DNA of 64,000 nt from an uncultured Verrucomicrobiota bacterium (GTDB lineage Bacteria; Verrucomicrobiota; Kiritimatiellia; RFP12; UBA3636): NCBI GenBank assembly GCA_937911295.1, contig CALDQE010000074.1:46959-110958 (forward strand). Reading direction: 5' to 3'. The translations under genes were made by a program, and so were the position numbers. Numbering within the stretch: position 1 is the first letter of the stretch; each line of letters begins with the position of its first letter. The notes beneath the pieces are model-generated. The model had not been told where the DNA came from, searched no databases, and worked only from the letters and a program-made list of their open reading frames with translations. This document shows positions 1-10,158 of the stretch, piece by piece.

Positions 1-460
1 TGGCGAAGACCCAGTAATCTGCCAATGCTTTGATATTCATAAATCAGAAATCGTACGCCTGGCAACAGAAAATCACCTAACAACTGTTGAGCAAGTCACC
101 AACTACTGTAAAGCCGGTGGTGCCTGTGGCAAGTGTAAAGCTGACATTCAAGAGATTTTAAACTCTGTCACTCATACCACCAATGAGCCAAAGCAAGAGG
201 AAAAGCCCCGAGCAATGACTCAACTACAAAAAATTAAGCTTATTGAGCAGACAATTGACACAGAGGTTCGCCCTCTACTTCAGCGTGATGGAGGCGATAT
301 TGAACTAATTGATGTAAGAGGCAATGAAGTTGTAATAGCATTCCGTGGAATGTGTGCTGGATGTCGCTCTGCTCACATTACAAAGCAGCTTCTTGTTGAA
401 GCAAAGCTTAGAGAGTTTGTTTCAAAAGCAATTACAGTTTCAGAAGAAGGCGAGGCATAA
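1..460 (+). CDS. nifU: NifU-type Fe-S cluster scaffold protein, 5'-truncated by the window edge. The visible part is a BFD-like [2Fe-2S] Cys-rich central domain followed by a C-terminal Nfu domain.
   Basis: The open frame runs from position 2 with no stop until 460. It contains CQC...C-x-x-C (GGACGKCK) BFD-like motifs, and the C-terminal 81 aa (ORF 215..460) carries the Nfu signature GMCAGCRSA. The gene is immediately followed by nifS. Confidence 0.8.
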   Translation, partial: GEDPVICQCFDIHKSEIVRLATENHLTTVEQVTNYCKAGGACGKCKADIQEILNSVTHTTNEPKQEEKPRAMTQLQKIKLIEQTIDTEVRPLLQRDGGDIELIDVRGNEVVIAFRGMCAGCRSAHITKQLLVEAKLREFVSKAITVSEEGEA

Positions 461-462
461 AA

Positions 463-1629
463 ATGAGCAGACTTGCTTATTTAGATAACAATGCAACAAC
501 GCAGGTTGCTCCAGAGGTATTGGAAGAGATGCTTCCTTTCTTCAAGGACTACTATGGCAATCCATCTAGTATGCATGCCTTTGGTGGTGTAGTCCAAAAG
601 AAAGTAGATGCAGCGAGAGAAAAGCTTGCAGCCCTACTCCATGCTGACCCATCTGAAATTATTTTCACAAGCTGCGGAAGCGAGTCTGACAACACCGCTA
701 TCTTTGGTGCTGCAAGTGCAATTGGTCCTGGCGGAACAATTATCACCACACGAGTTGAGCATCCTGCTGTACTCCAGCCATGCCGCAAGCTAAAAGAAAT
801 GGGCTACAAGATTTTTGAAATTGGAGTTCATGGGGATGGTACGCTTGATATGGATGAATATAAAGCGGCACTTTCAGCTCCTGGCAAAAAGCTTGTAACA
901 ATGATGTGGGCGAACAACGAGACTGGCGTTATCTTCCCTATCAAGGAGTGTGCTGAATTAGCAAAAGCAGCAGGAGCATATTTTCATACAGATGCTGTTC
1001 AAGCTATGGGCAAGCTTTCTGAGGTGAACATGGCAGAGGTTCCTGCAGATATGCTTTCACTTTCAGGTCATAAGCTACATGCACCTAAAGGCATTGGTGC
1101 ACTATATGTTCGTAAAGGCACACACATCAACCCTTTCCTACTTGGTGGTCACCAAGAGAATGGTCGACGTGCAGGAACAGAGAATGTGCCTTACATTGTT
1201 GGTTTAGGAAAGGCAGCAGAACTTGCTAAAATTGATCTTGGTTCTGATGAAATTGAGCGAATCGCCCGTTTACGAGATATGCTTCAAGAGGAGCTATTAA
1301 AGCTACCAGATGCAAGGCTCAATGGTTCTCAAACAAAGCGCCTGCCAAATACACTTAATATCAGCTTTGAATTTATTGAAGGTGAGGCTCTACTCTATCA
1401 TCTAAGTGATGCAGGTATTTGTGCATCGTCTGGTTCTGCATGCTCATCTGGCTCTTTAGAGCCTTCTCATGTAATCCGTGCAATGGGTGTGCCTTTCACC
1501 GCTGTACATGGTTCGCTACGCTTTAGCTTAAGTCGCTACAATACCGAAGAAGATATTAAGCAAGTCATTGAGGTAATGCCAGGTATCGTAGATAAGCTTC
1601 GCAAAATTTCTCCTTTTGTAAATACTTAA
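463..1629 (+). CDS. nifS: Cysteine desulfurase (class V aminotransferase, NifS/IscS type)
   Basis: It has the PLP-lysine motif SGHKLHAPKGIGALYV and a conserved C-terminal active-site Cys loop (SSGSACSS). Its length of 388 aa fits, and it sits directly downstream of nifU. Confidence 0.9.
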   Translation: MSRLAYLDNNATTQVAPEVLEEMLPFFKDYYGNPSSMHAFGGVVQKKVDAAREKLAALLHADPSEIIFTSCGSESDNTAIFGAASAIGPGGTIITTRVEHPAVLQPCRKLKEMGYKIFEIGVHGDGTLDMDEYKAALSAPGKKLVTMMWANNETGVIFPIKECAELAKAAGAYFHTDAVQAMGKLSEVNMAEVPADMLSLSGHKLHAPKGIGALYVRKGTHINPFLLGGHQENGRRAGTENVPYIVGLGKAAELAKIDLGSDEIERIARLRDMLQEELLKLPDARLNGSQTKRLPNTLNISFEFIEGEALLYHLSDAGICASSGSACSSGSLEPSHVIRAMGVPFTAVHGSLRFSLSRYNTEEDIKQVIEVMPGIVDKLRKISPFVNT

Positions 1630-1684
1630 GGTCTGAAATTTCTCTGTTCATCACTTTTATGCAATAAATATTATCCAATATCTC

Positions 1685-3067
1685 ATGAAAGCACCTGATC
1701 AAACTTTTGTTGTCCCAGCAAAAAACGAAGAGAAACCTCTAGTAAAAAAGAAGGCGACCATTTTGATTCTTTCTGGTCCTCAACAAGGCAAGGAAATTAT
1801 CATTGAGTCAACACCTTTCTCTATTGGTTCAAGCGAGGGTTGTGATTTACAGCTTAACGATACTGCTGTTTCCAGAAAGCATTGCATAATTAAATCTGAC
1901 GGCCACACCTTTTCAATTGAGGACACAAATAGCACAAATGGATCATTCCTTTGTGGGCTTCGTATTATGCATGCATACCTCACTCCAGGTTCAGAATTAA
2001 GACTTGGCACAACAAGACTTCTCTTCTCTCCTTCTCTTGAGCTTGCAGATATACCTCTTAGCAAAAACAACTACTTTGGGAATGCTATTGGTGCAAGTGA
2101 TGCTATGCGCCGAATCTTTTATTTAGCAGAAAGCTATGCACCTACTGATGCCACAATTATGCTTACGGGCGAGACTGGCACCGGAAAGGAAATCCTTGCA
2201 GAAGAGATTCACAAGCATAGCAAACGTGCGGACAAACCATTTGTCGTTATTGACTGCACGTCAATATCACGCGATATTGTAGAAAGCGAGCTATTTGGCC
2301 ACATAAAGGGTGCTTTTACTGGTGCTACAAGTGATCGACCAGGTGCTTTTGAAAGTGCAGATGGCGGGACAGTCTTTCTTGATGAAATTGGAGAGCTACC
2401 TCAGGAGCTTCAGCCAAAGCTTCTACGTGTCTTGGAAAAACGCGAAATTAAGCGAGTCGGCTCAAATGAGGTCAAGAGAATAAATGTTCGCATCATTTGT
2501 GCAACCAATCGCAATATCCAAAAGGAAATTACAAAAGGGAATTTCCGCGAAGATTTGTATTATCGCCTATCTGTTGTAAACATTGAGCTTCCACCTCTAC
2601 GTGAGCACAAGGAAGATATTCCACTGTTGGCAAAAACCTTTATGTCTCGACTTCACAATGCAAAGGCAGAAGAAGAAATTCTGGATTTTGAAAATGCAAT
2701 GAAAGCTCTAATGCATTATGACTGGCCTGGAAATATTCGTGAATTTCGAAATTTAATTGATAGAGCATACTACCATATACAAAAACCAGTAGACATTCTA
2801 AAATGCCAGCAAGGAGATATTTTCCTTAAGCAAGCAAAGTCAGATACAAACAATAGCAATATTGACGATGATGCAAACTACAGCATTGTTGATACAACAA
2901 AGCCATTTAAGGATGAAAAGAATAGGTTGATTGATGATTTTGAGAGGCAATATATCAAGGAGCTCCTAGCTCGAAATGGTGGTAATGTTTCTAAATCAGC
3001 TCGCGAGGCAGATATTGAGCGTGCTTATTTACAGCGACTCATAAAAAAATATGGACTTAACTCATAG
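1685..3067 (+). CDS. Sigma-54-dependent transcriptional activator (bacterial enhancer-binding protein) with an N-terminal FHA domain and a C-terminal Fis-type HTH
   Basis: An FHA-like N-terminus ([25 protein letters not shown]) is followed by an AAA+ sigma54-interaction domain with Walker [16 protein letters not shown] and the GAFTGA motif. A C-terminal HTH is also present ([22 protein letters not shown]). Confidence 0.85.
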   Translation: MKAPDQTFVVPAKNEEKPLVKKKATILILSGPQQGKEIIIESTPFSIGSSEGCDLQLNDTAVSRKHCIIKSDGHTFSIEDTNSTNGSFLCGLRIMHAYLTPGSELRLGTTRLLFSPSLELADIPLSKNNYFGNAIGASDAMRRIFYLAESYAPTDATIMLTGETGTGKEILAEEIHKHSKRADKPFVVIDCTSISRDIVESELFGHIKGAFTGATSDRPGAFESADGGTVFLDEIGELPQELQPKLLRVLEKREIKRVGSNEVKRINVRIICATNRNIQKEITKGNFREDLYYRLSVVNIELPPLREHKEDIPLLAKTFMSRLHNAKAEEEILDFENAMKALMHYDWPGNIREFRNLIDRAYYHIQKPVDILKCQQGDIFLKQAKSDTNNSNIDDDANYSIVDTTKPFKDEKNRLIDDFERQYIKELLARNGGNVSKSAREADIERAYLQRLIKKYGLNS

Positions 3068-3070
3068 AGA

Positions 3071-3571
3071 ATGACTATCAAAGAACTTATTGCAAAGCTT
3101 TGCTGGAAAAAGCAATCAACTGAAAATACTAAAGCAATTCATGCTAAGGATGCTCTTGGTATCAAAGGAGAAAAACTAGCAGTAAACCATTTAAAAGAAA
3201 AAGGATTCAAAATTATTGGTGAGCGTGTACATGTCGGGATTGATGAATTAGACATAATTGCAATTGATTTTAGCAATCCTATGACAGAGCAAATTGTATT
3301 TGTTGAAGTAAAAACTCGCTCATCAAATCTGTATGGCGGAGGCAAAGCTGCAGTTGATAAGCGTAAACGCAAAGCAATTGTACGTGCAGCGAAGGGCTAT
3401 ATGAAAGCAAATTTTTCAAAGCCACATGCCATACGCTTTGACATTATTGAGGTAACAAAGGCAGAGCCACATTCTGACACATTTGAAATAACACACCACA
3501 TAAATGCAATAGCTCTTCCCAAGGAAATAATAGCCTCTGGATTGTGTAAAACTGATTTAAGGAAAAGGTGA
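3071..3571 (+). CDS. yraN: YraN/UPF0102-family predicted endonuclease
   Basis: The size of 166 aa and the N-terminal pattern KGEKLAVNHLKEKGFKIIGER...ELDIIA...VFVEVKTR match the YraN fold family. Its start abuts the preceding stop, and its end overlaps the next gene by 4 nt. Confidence 0.65.
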   Translation: MTIKELIAKLCWKKQSTENTKAIHAKDALGIKGEKLAVNHLKEKGFKIIGERVHVGIDELDIIAIDFSNPMTEQIVFVEVKTRSSNLYGGGKAAVDKRKRKAIVRAAKGYMKANFSKPHAIRFDIIEVTKAEPHSDTFEITHHINAIALPKEIIASGLCKTDLRKR

Positions 3572-5175
3572 GGAATAAATTTATGAGCAATTCATTAGAA
3601 AAGCTAGCCCAGGAATATGATTTACCATATTTTTCTGAGCTTACTATAGAGCAATTACCCGCTGATTTAGTCTCGCTATTACCACTTGCTTGGGCTAAAG
3701 AGAATTGTATTTTACCAATAATTCATAAAGGCAAGCACTATCTTGCGATGGCATCTTTAGAAGGAATATCACTTATCCAACAAGCAAATCTTCTTGTTGC
3801 TCACGAGCTTGAACCCGCCCTCACAAATAGAGAGAATATCGTCAGAATTTTAGAAAAACTAGAGCTTGGAGACACTGCCACTATCCCACACTCTACCACA
3901 AAAAATCCCGATGCACCACAAGATTCTCAATCAAAGGAAAATCGTCAAGCATCTACTGTAGCAAATACTAACACCAGCTTTTCACAAAATTTACTTTCGG
4001 ATAGTGACAATCAACCCATTACGCAATTTATCAACAACATTATTCTTGAAGCAATTAGAAAAGACGCTTCTGACATTCATCTTGAGCCAGAAGAGAATGG
4101 AGTTGTCCGCGTTCGCTTCCGTTTAGATGGCAAGCTATATGATTACCAGCATTCCCAACCAAATATGTTGCTTCAAATAGTCTCTCGAATAAAGGTTATG
4201 TCGAGTATGGACATAACAGAGCGAAGACTGCCCCAGGACGGAATGACACAAGTAAATGTAGCAAATCGCATTGTAGATATCCGTGTGTCAACAATACCTG
4301 TTGCTGCAGGAGAGCGCGTGGTATTGCGTTTACTAAATAGAGACCGCTCTCTTCTTCCTTTAAATCATTTAGGAATGCCAGAAAATGCACTAAATGGTTT
4401 TTCTAATGCATTAAATCAGCCAAATGGAATCATTGTTGTTTCTGGTCCTACAGGCTCTGGTAAGACAACAACACTTTACTCTGCTCTCGGCACAATGGAT
4501 TCTATTAGAAGGAACATCTTAACAATTGAAGATCCGATAGAATATCGCATTCCGAATATTGGGCAGATTCAAGTTAAGCCAAAAATTGGATTGACCTTTG
4601 CAGCAGGTTTACGCCATATTCTACGCCAAGACCCCGATGTTATTCTAGTTGGTGAGACGCGTGATGCTGAGACCGCAGAAATTGCCGTCCGCTCTTCCCT
4701 GACAGGTCACCTAGTATTAACTACACTTCATACAAATGATGCCCCTTCAGCAGTAATGCGTCTAACAGATATGGGCGTTGAACCATACCTACTTGCATCA
4801 TGTTTAAGAGGCGTACTAGCACAGCGTCTTGTTCGCTGTGTTTGCCCACATTGCCACGAAAAAGTAGACGCTTCTACACTTCCCCCTCACGAGCGTGTAA
4901 TTGCAGAAGCAGCCCAAGCAACAACAGTTGCTGTGGCGAAGGGTTGCCCAAGGTGTCGCGAAGGGTTTATTGGGAGAGTCGGCATTTTTGAATTTATGCC
5001 ATGCACACCAAATGTAGTTGCAGCAATACATTCAGGAAAGCTTTCAGCGAATGAACTTCGTGAAATCGTTTCTAATGAACCAACCTGGTGTGCCATGAAG
5101 GATGACGCCGCTCAAAAGCTACGCAACCACATCACAACCCCTTCCGAACTAATTGCTTCTATCGGTCAATTTTAA
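3568..5175 (+). CDS. gspE: GspE/PilB-family type II secretion / type IV pilus assembly ATPase. The likely true start is the internal Met at 3583, which is preceded by AAGGTGAGG.
   Basis: An N-terminal GspE_N-like region is followed by Walker A SGPTGSGKTTTL, Asp/His boxes, and a C-terminal tetracysteine zinc motif (CPHC...CPRC). Confidence 0.85.
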   Translation: MRNKFMSNSLEKLAQEYDLPYFSELTIEQLPADLVSLLPLAWAKENCILPIIHKGKHYLAMASLEGISLIQQANLLVAHELEPALTNRENIVRILEKLELGDTATIPHSTTKNPDAPQDSQSKENRQASTVANTNTSFSQNLLSDSDNQPITQFINNIILEAIRKDASDIHLEPEENGVVRVRFRLDGKLYDYQHSQPNMLLQIVSRIKVMSSMDITERRLPQDGMTQVNVANRIVDIRVSTIPVAAGERVVLRLLNRDRSLLPLNHLGMPENALNGFSNALNQPNGIIVVSGPTGSGKTTTLYSALGTMDSIRRNILTIEDPIEYRIPNIGQIQVKPKIGLTFAAGLRHILRQDPDVILVGETRDAETAEIAVRSSLTGHLVLTTLHTNDAPSAVMRLTDMGVEPYLLASCLRGVLAQRLVRCVCPHCHEKVDASTLPPHERVIAEAAQATTVAVAKGCPRCREGFIGRVGIFEFMPCTPNVVAAIHSGKLSANELREIVSNEPTWCAMKDDAAQKLRNHITTPSELIASIGQF

Positions 5176-5193
5176 TTTTCTCCGCACCAATAT

Positions 5194-6930
5194 ATGAATA
5201 CACAGGAAGCATCAAAACAACGCGAGCTTGAAAAAAAATCCTCTGCGATAACTCTCTCAGATATGGAAATGTTTATTTTTCCGGATCTGATTTTCAGCCT
5301 TGTTTTGGCAAATATTATGTCGCCAATTTTATGGAGATGGAGAGAAGACCCTTGGTTCACTCAATTTAATAAACGAGGCGAGGTTGCACGAATCAACCGG
5401 CTCAAGCAATACATAATGGATCATTATACATTTAATCTTGATCTAGAGACATGGGGGCTTACAACCCAAGAAAAAGAGCTAGCTCGTTTCAACAGCTTTA
5501 TCGACAGAGAAACACTATCCAAATCAAATGCCTTATTTGGATATGAGGGAGATAAATATTATTTTGATATTGATATTCGGAGGCATTTTGGTCTAGACAA
5601 GTATAACACAAATGTTATTCCTTATTGGAAAACAGAAACACTTGAGGCAATGACCGCGTTCTCACATAAACCAGGCTACAATACCGGTGCTGGTGAATGC
5701 GTATCTCTTGCTGCACTCTATGCTGCTGCCCTATTCGTAGTGTTAGATATTCCTTTAGAAAAAATTTATTTAATGGCAACCCCTCTTCACTCTCAAAACT
5801 TTGTTGATCTAGGTGAAGGTATAATCACTAATAACCGCCGCATTGTAACAAAAAATATGTGGTTCAATGGGACTGAGCTTTCCGCACAGGCACGTCGTGC
5901 AATAGAGCATGAAAGAATTACATTTGTTACTCATGTCTCAGGTTGGATACACACAATTTATGACACTGCCACAATTTCACGTGATATCATAAAGAATTTT
6001 TCGTCAAAGCTAACAAACTACCTTGCCACAAATCTTACACCAGAAATACTAGGCAACTTCCTTCGCCAATATCCCGAAGCACAGAATTGCTTTGTTGTTA
6101 AGCATACCATCAATGGGCATGCACACTACCTACCCCTATCTCGTGCTTTCGCATATGAAAAAGATACACCATTCAAGGTAACAGACAACACTCGTCCTCA
6201 GCTGCTTGCAACAATTGACCAAGAGGAAATGCATTCTGCATGTTGTTCTCAGTGCATTGTCCTTGATGATTTGGAAGCATACCTCAGACAATATCCTATT
6301 GATATAAATTCAAAAGAGGATATTGAACGATTGGAGCAGCGCCTTTGCTCAAAATGTCTGAATATAAAGCAAACGCTAAATCATCTAATCTCATTTTGCA
6401 AGACACTGCCACGAATCCCAGACTACTCGCAAAAGAAATTTGTAGAACAAGGCGATTCATTAGAAATTGCGCCAGGTATGTCACGCAAGCAATTCATTGA
6501 ACGAGTCTATGCATTAAAAGACAAGAATGAGTATTGTAGAATGGCGCTATATGCATGGCGTGATTTACGTAGCACAGAGCTAGAGCCATTTATGAAGGCT
6601 GCACTAGAGAGAAACCCTGTTTGTATTGAGGGGACAAATCACTGCGAAAACGAAGCAGCTCTATGTGAGCTACTTTCTCGAGAGCTGCAAGCAAAATCGA
6701 TTTACGAAGAAGAATTCAGGCTAGCCCAACCAGATGAGGTTTGGAATTATCGCACAGGAGACGGGCTTGAGCAAGCCATTATGCTTGCATGCATTTTGAA
6801 AGCCCGCACTCCGGAGCAAGCTTTAACGATAAAAACTGAAAAGGGGATTGTCTCTCTCTTACGGGATGATGCAAGCATATTTTCAGCAAAAACAGCAAAA
6901 TCAATTTCAACTGATTTAATTCAAATTTAA
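5194..6930 (+). CDS. Hypothetical 578-aa protein with a possible transglutaminase-like or papain-like Cys core and paired CxxC motifs. It is co-operonic with gspE.
   Basis: This is a long ORF with no recognisable family. The motif GAGECVSLAALYAAALFVVLDIP is followed by H and D residues in an arrangement reminiscent of a Cys-His-Asp core, and CCSQC ... CSKC motifs occur later. There is an 18-nt gap after gspE and a 31-nt gap before mrp. Confidence 0.55.
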   Translation: MNTQEASKQRELEKKSSAITLSDMEMFIFPDLIFSLVLANIMSPILWRWREDPWFTQFNKRGEVARINRLKQYIMDHYTFNLDLETWGLTTQEKELARFNSFIDRETLSKSNALFGYEGDKYYFDIDIRRHFGLDKYNTNVIPYWKTETLEAMTAFSHKPGYNTGAGECVSLAALYAAALFVVLDIPLEKIYLMATPLHSQNFVDLGEGIITNNRRIVTKNMWFNGTELSAQARRAIEHERITFVTHVSGWIHTIYDTATISRDIIKNFSSKLTNYLATNLTPEILGNFLRQYPEAQNCFVVKHTINGHAHYLPLSRAFAYEKDTPFKVTDNTRPQLLATIDQEEMHSACCSQCIVLDDLEAYLRQYPIDINSKEDIERLEQRLCSKCLNIKQTLNHLISFCKTLPRIPDYSQKKFVEQGDSLEIAPGMSRKQFIERVYALKDKNEYCRMALYAWRDLRSTELEPFMKAALERNPVCIEGTNHCENEAALCELLSRELQAKSIYEEEFRLAQPDEVWNYRTGDGLEQAIMLACILKARTPEQALTIKTEKGIVSLLRDDASIFSAKTAKSISTDLIQI

Positions 6931-6961
6931 AATACGAAATATATAGGAAGGAAAAAATAGA

Positions 6962-7810
6962 ATGTCAGAGAACACTTGCCCAAATAGAACTGATGCCTGT
7001 GGAGATTGCAAAGGCTCAGGAAATTGTCAGGATGATTCAGAGAAAAAAATCCGTGCTTGCTTAGCTAATGTAAAGCACAAGATTGCTATTATGTCTGGTA
7101 AGGGTGGCGTAGGTAAAAGTACTGTCGCTGTAAACCTTGCAATTGCTCTTGCTAAGCAAGGGAAAAAGGTCGGATTATTAGATGTGGATATAAACGGTCC
7201 AAGCATTCCAAAGATGCTAGGGAATGTTTGTGCAGATGTTTACTCTGAGAATGGCAAGCTAATTCCATACGAGACTCATGGCATTAAGGTTGTCTCTATT
7301 GGATACTTTTTACCCAATCCAGATGACGCAATAATTTTGCGTGGCCCAGCAAAGAATGGGGTAATTCAGCAATTCATTTCTGATGTTGTTTGGGGAGAGC
7401 TAGATTATTTAATTGTTGACTGTCCACCAGGAACTGGTGATGAGCCACTAGGCATTTGCCAGCGCATTCCTGACCCAACAGGAGCAATCATTGTTACGAC
7501 TCCACAGGAGGTTGCAGCAAACGATGTGCGCAAATCACTTAATTTCTGTTTAAAGCTTGAGTTCCCAATTCTTGGTATTGTGGAGAATATGAGTGGCTTT
7601 ATTTGTCCAAAATGTGGTGAGCTAACAAATATTTTTGCTGAGGGAGCAGGAAAAAAATTAGCAATGGAATTTAACACTTTACTATTGGGTCAAATTCCTA
7701 TTGATCCTGTTGTATGTATGGGAGGAGACTCTGGTAATCCAATTGCAGGAGAGGATACACCATCACCAATTCGCGATGCATTTAATAGCATTTGTGCAAA
7801 GCTTCCGTAG
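6962..7810 (+). CDS. apbC: Mrp/ApbC/NBP35-family Fe-S cluster carrier ATPase
   Basis: It has a deviant Walker A GKGGVGKST, a ParA/MinD-like fold, the CPKCG motif, and a Cys-rich N-terminus. Confidence 0.9.
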   Translation: MSENTCPNRTDACGDCKGSGNCQDDSEKKIRACLANVKHKIAIMSGKGGVGKSTVAVNLAIALAKQGKKVGLLDVDINGPSIPKMLGNVCADVYSENGKLIPYETHGIKVVSIGYFLPNPDDAIILRGPAKNGVIQQFISDVVWGELDYLIVDCPPGTGDEPLGICQRIPDPTGAIIVTTPQEVAANDVRKSLNFCLKLEFPILGIVENMSGFICPKCGELTNIFAEGAGKKLAMEFNTLLLGQIPIDPVVCMGGDSGNPIAGEDTPSPIRDAFNSICAKLP

Positions 7811-7974
7811 TGTTTTTATCGGATATGGAGTACGCGAGGGAAAGGTTGTGTACTTCTAAGCTATTGCTTGCACCCCTCCCCTAATTGGGTTGCAATTAGT
7901 GTGAGAAGCCGCAAAAGTTTGCTTCCCCCACTCCCACATAATTCGCTAACTTGGTTACGAATTACAACACAATA

Positions 7975-8012
7975 AAAAAGCCCTTCAATGCATATTGCTT
8001 GAAGGGCTTTTT
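7975..8012. terminator. Bidirectional rho-independent terminator between convergent mrp and alaS
   Basis: It is a 10-bp perfect hairpin, AAGCCCTTCAA tgcatattgc TTGAAGGGCTT, flanked by A-runs and T-runs. Confidence 0.75.
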
Positions 8013-8043
8013 TTGCACAACAACTTAGATTGTGAGCAATCAA

Positions 8044-9870
8044 TTATTTCTGAAGAACAGCCTTAATGCGGCGAACACCAGCACTTGAGGATTCCTCCTT
8101 CTTAATCTTGAAGGTACCCATATCTCCTGTGTGCTCAAGATGAGGACCTGTGCAAACCTCCTTAGAGAAATCACCCATTGTGTAAACAGAAACCTGCTCA
8201 CCATATTTTGCGGTAAATAGGGCTGTTGCACCAGCTGCCTTTGCTTCCTCAATTGTCATCATCTCACGAGTAATCTTAATGTCCTTCTTAATTTGCTCGT
8301 TTACGAGATCTTCAACTGCCTTAATCTGCTCTGGCGTCATTTTCTCTCCATGGGTAAAATCAAATCTCAAGCGTTCTGCTGTAATATTTGATCCCTTTTG
8401 GTTACAATGCTCACCAAGCACTTGCTTTAGAGCAGCATGAAGTAAATGTGTTGCAGTATGAAGAGCAGTTGTTTCCTCAGAATGCTCTGCAAGACCAGAT
8501 TTTGCTGAGCCTACATTTGCTCTAGAAAGCTCTTGATGCTTCTTGAATGCCTCATTGTAGCCATCTACATCAACAGTGAAGCCTATTTCTGCAGCTAGCT
8601 CAACAGTCATCTCCAGTGGATAACCATAGGTATCATAAAGCTTAAATGCTTGTTTACCAGAAATCATCGTTTCCTTAACAAAATTTGGATCCTTTGCGGA
8701 CATAAATTCGTTCTTACGTTGAATTCCAGAAATGCACTTATCAAACTCACGCTTACCCTCATCAAGAGTCTTACCAAAGCGAGACTCCTCCTGCAATAGC
8801 TCAGCAATTACACGCTCACGATTCTGCTCTAGCTCTGGATAAACATGCTTATATTCATCAATTATTACACATGCCATCTTCTCTGTGAAGCCTGGTGCAA
8901 TACCTAGCTTACGTGCATGACGTACTGCAGAACGAATTAGGCGACGAAGAACATAGTTAGCACCAATATTGCCCGGTGTTACACCACCCTTCTGATCTCC
9001 CAAAATAAAGGTTGATGTGCGCATATGGTCGGCAACAACACGTGAAGAGCGAACCTCATCACCAACAAATTCTGTCTTTCCGCTAAGCTCCTTAATCTTT
9101 GCCATGATTGGTTGGAATACATCTGTATCATAAACTGTATTCAACCCATTCATCATGCAGATTGTACGCTCAACACCCATACCTGTATCAACATTATGGC
9201 GACCTAGTGGGACAAACTTACCTTCCTCATCCTTATTGTACTGCATAAATACATCATTCCAAATTTCAATGTATTTGCCACAGTGACAGCCTGGACGGCA
9301 ATCCGGACCACATTTTTCCTTACCAGTATCGATAAACATTTCTGTATCAGGGCCGCAAGGACCAGTTTCACCAGCAGGTCCCCACCAGTTGTCCTCACGA
9401 GGCAAGCGATAAATACGTTCCTCTGGAATACCTAAACTCTTCCATATTTCTACAGCTTCTTCATCTGCAGGAATGCCCTCTTCGCCCTTAAAAACAGTAA
9501 CAGAAAGCTGTTCTGGGGAGAAGCCTAGCTGCTGGGTCAAAAACTCATATGACCAAGTAATTGCTTCTTTCTTGAAATAATCATTTAGTGACCAATTGCC
9601 CAACATCTCGAAGAAAGTTAAATGTGCACTATCACCCACCTCATCAATATCACCTGTACGAACACATTTTTGAACATCTGTTAGACGTGTTCCCGCAGGA
9701 TGCTCCTGCTTTCCCATTAGATATGGTACAAGTGGGTGCATACCGGCTGTCGTGAATAGCACAGTTGGATCATTTTCTGGAATTAGAGAAGCTCCAGAGA
9801 TTATTGTATGTCCCTTTGATTGGAAAAAAGTAAGATACTTTGTACGAAGTTCGTCTGCTGTTATTTTCAT
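8044..9870 (-). CDS. alaS: Alanine--tRNA ligase with catalytic and editing domains present and the C-terminal C-Ala domain absent
   Basis: The N-terminus MKITADELR..FFQSKGH...NDPT.LFTTAGM is classic AlaRS. The editing-domain zinc ligands HTATHLLH and CTGPHLEH are present. At 608 aa it is about 260 aa shorter than canonical AlaRS. Confidence 0.9.
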   Translation of the reverse strand: MKITADELRTKYLTFFQSKGHTIISGASLIPENDPTVLFTTAGMHPLVPYLMGKQEHPAGTRLTDVQKCVRTGDIDEVGDSAHLTFFEMLGNWSLNDYFKKEAITWSYEFLTQQLGFSPEQLSVTVFKGEEGIPADEEAVEIWKSLGIPEERIYRLPREDNWWGPAGETGPCGPDTEMFIDTGKEKCGPDCRPGCHCGKYIEIWNDVFMQYNKDEEGKFVPLGRHNVDTGMGVERTICMMNGLNTVYDTDVFQPIMAKIKELSGKTEFVGDEVRSSRVVADHMRTSTFILGDQKGGVTPGNIGANYVLRRLIRSAVRHARKLGIAPGFTEKMACVIIDEYKHVYPELEQNRERVIAELLQEESRFGKTLDEGKREFDKCISGIQRKNEFMSAKDPNFVKETMISGKQAFKLYDTYGYPLEMTVELAAEIGFTVDVDGYNEAFKKHQELSRANVGSAKSGLAEHSEETTALHTATHLLHAALKQVLGEHCNQKGSNITAERLRFDFTHGEKMTPEQIKAVEDLVNEQIKKDIKITREMMTIEEAKAAGATALFTAKYGEQVSVYTMGDFSKEVCTGPHLEHTGDMGTFKIKKEESSSAGVRRIKAVLQK

Positions 9871-10158
9871 AAAAAATTCCTCATAAAAAATTTTGCTTCA
9901 TATTTTAATGTTTTATAAGAAAAAATTCAAGGAAGAATGGACTAAGTAGGTTAATTCAATAGCACGAAATGTAAAATATAGGCTTATTGAGTTTTGGAGG
10001 AAGAAAGCGCAAACTAAAAAAACAAGCCATTTTAATTATACATTTGTCTTTGCACCCATTCTTGAGATACACAGGGGAATGTGCACATTTTCAATTTTAA
10101 GCAAACCGCTTATGAGAAAAAACTAGCACCTTAAATTACTACAAAAACGCCTCAAAAT

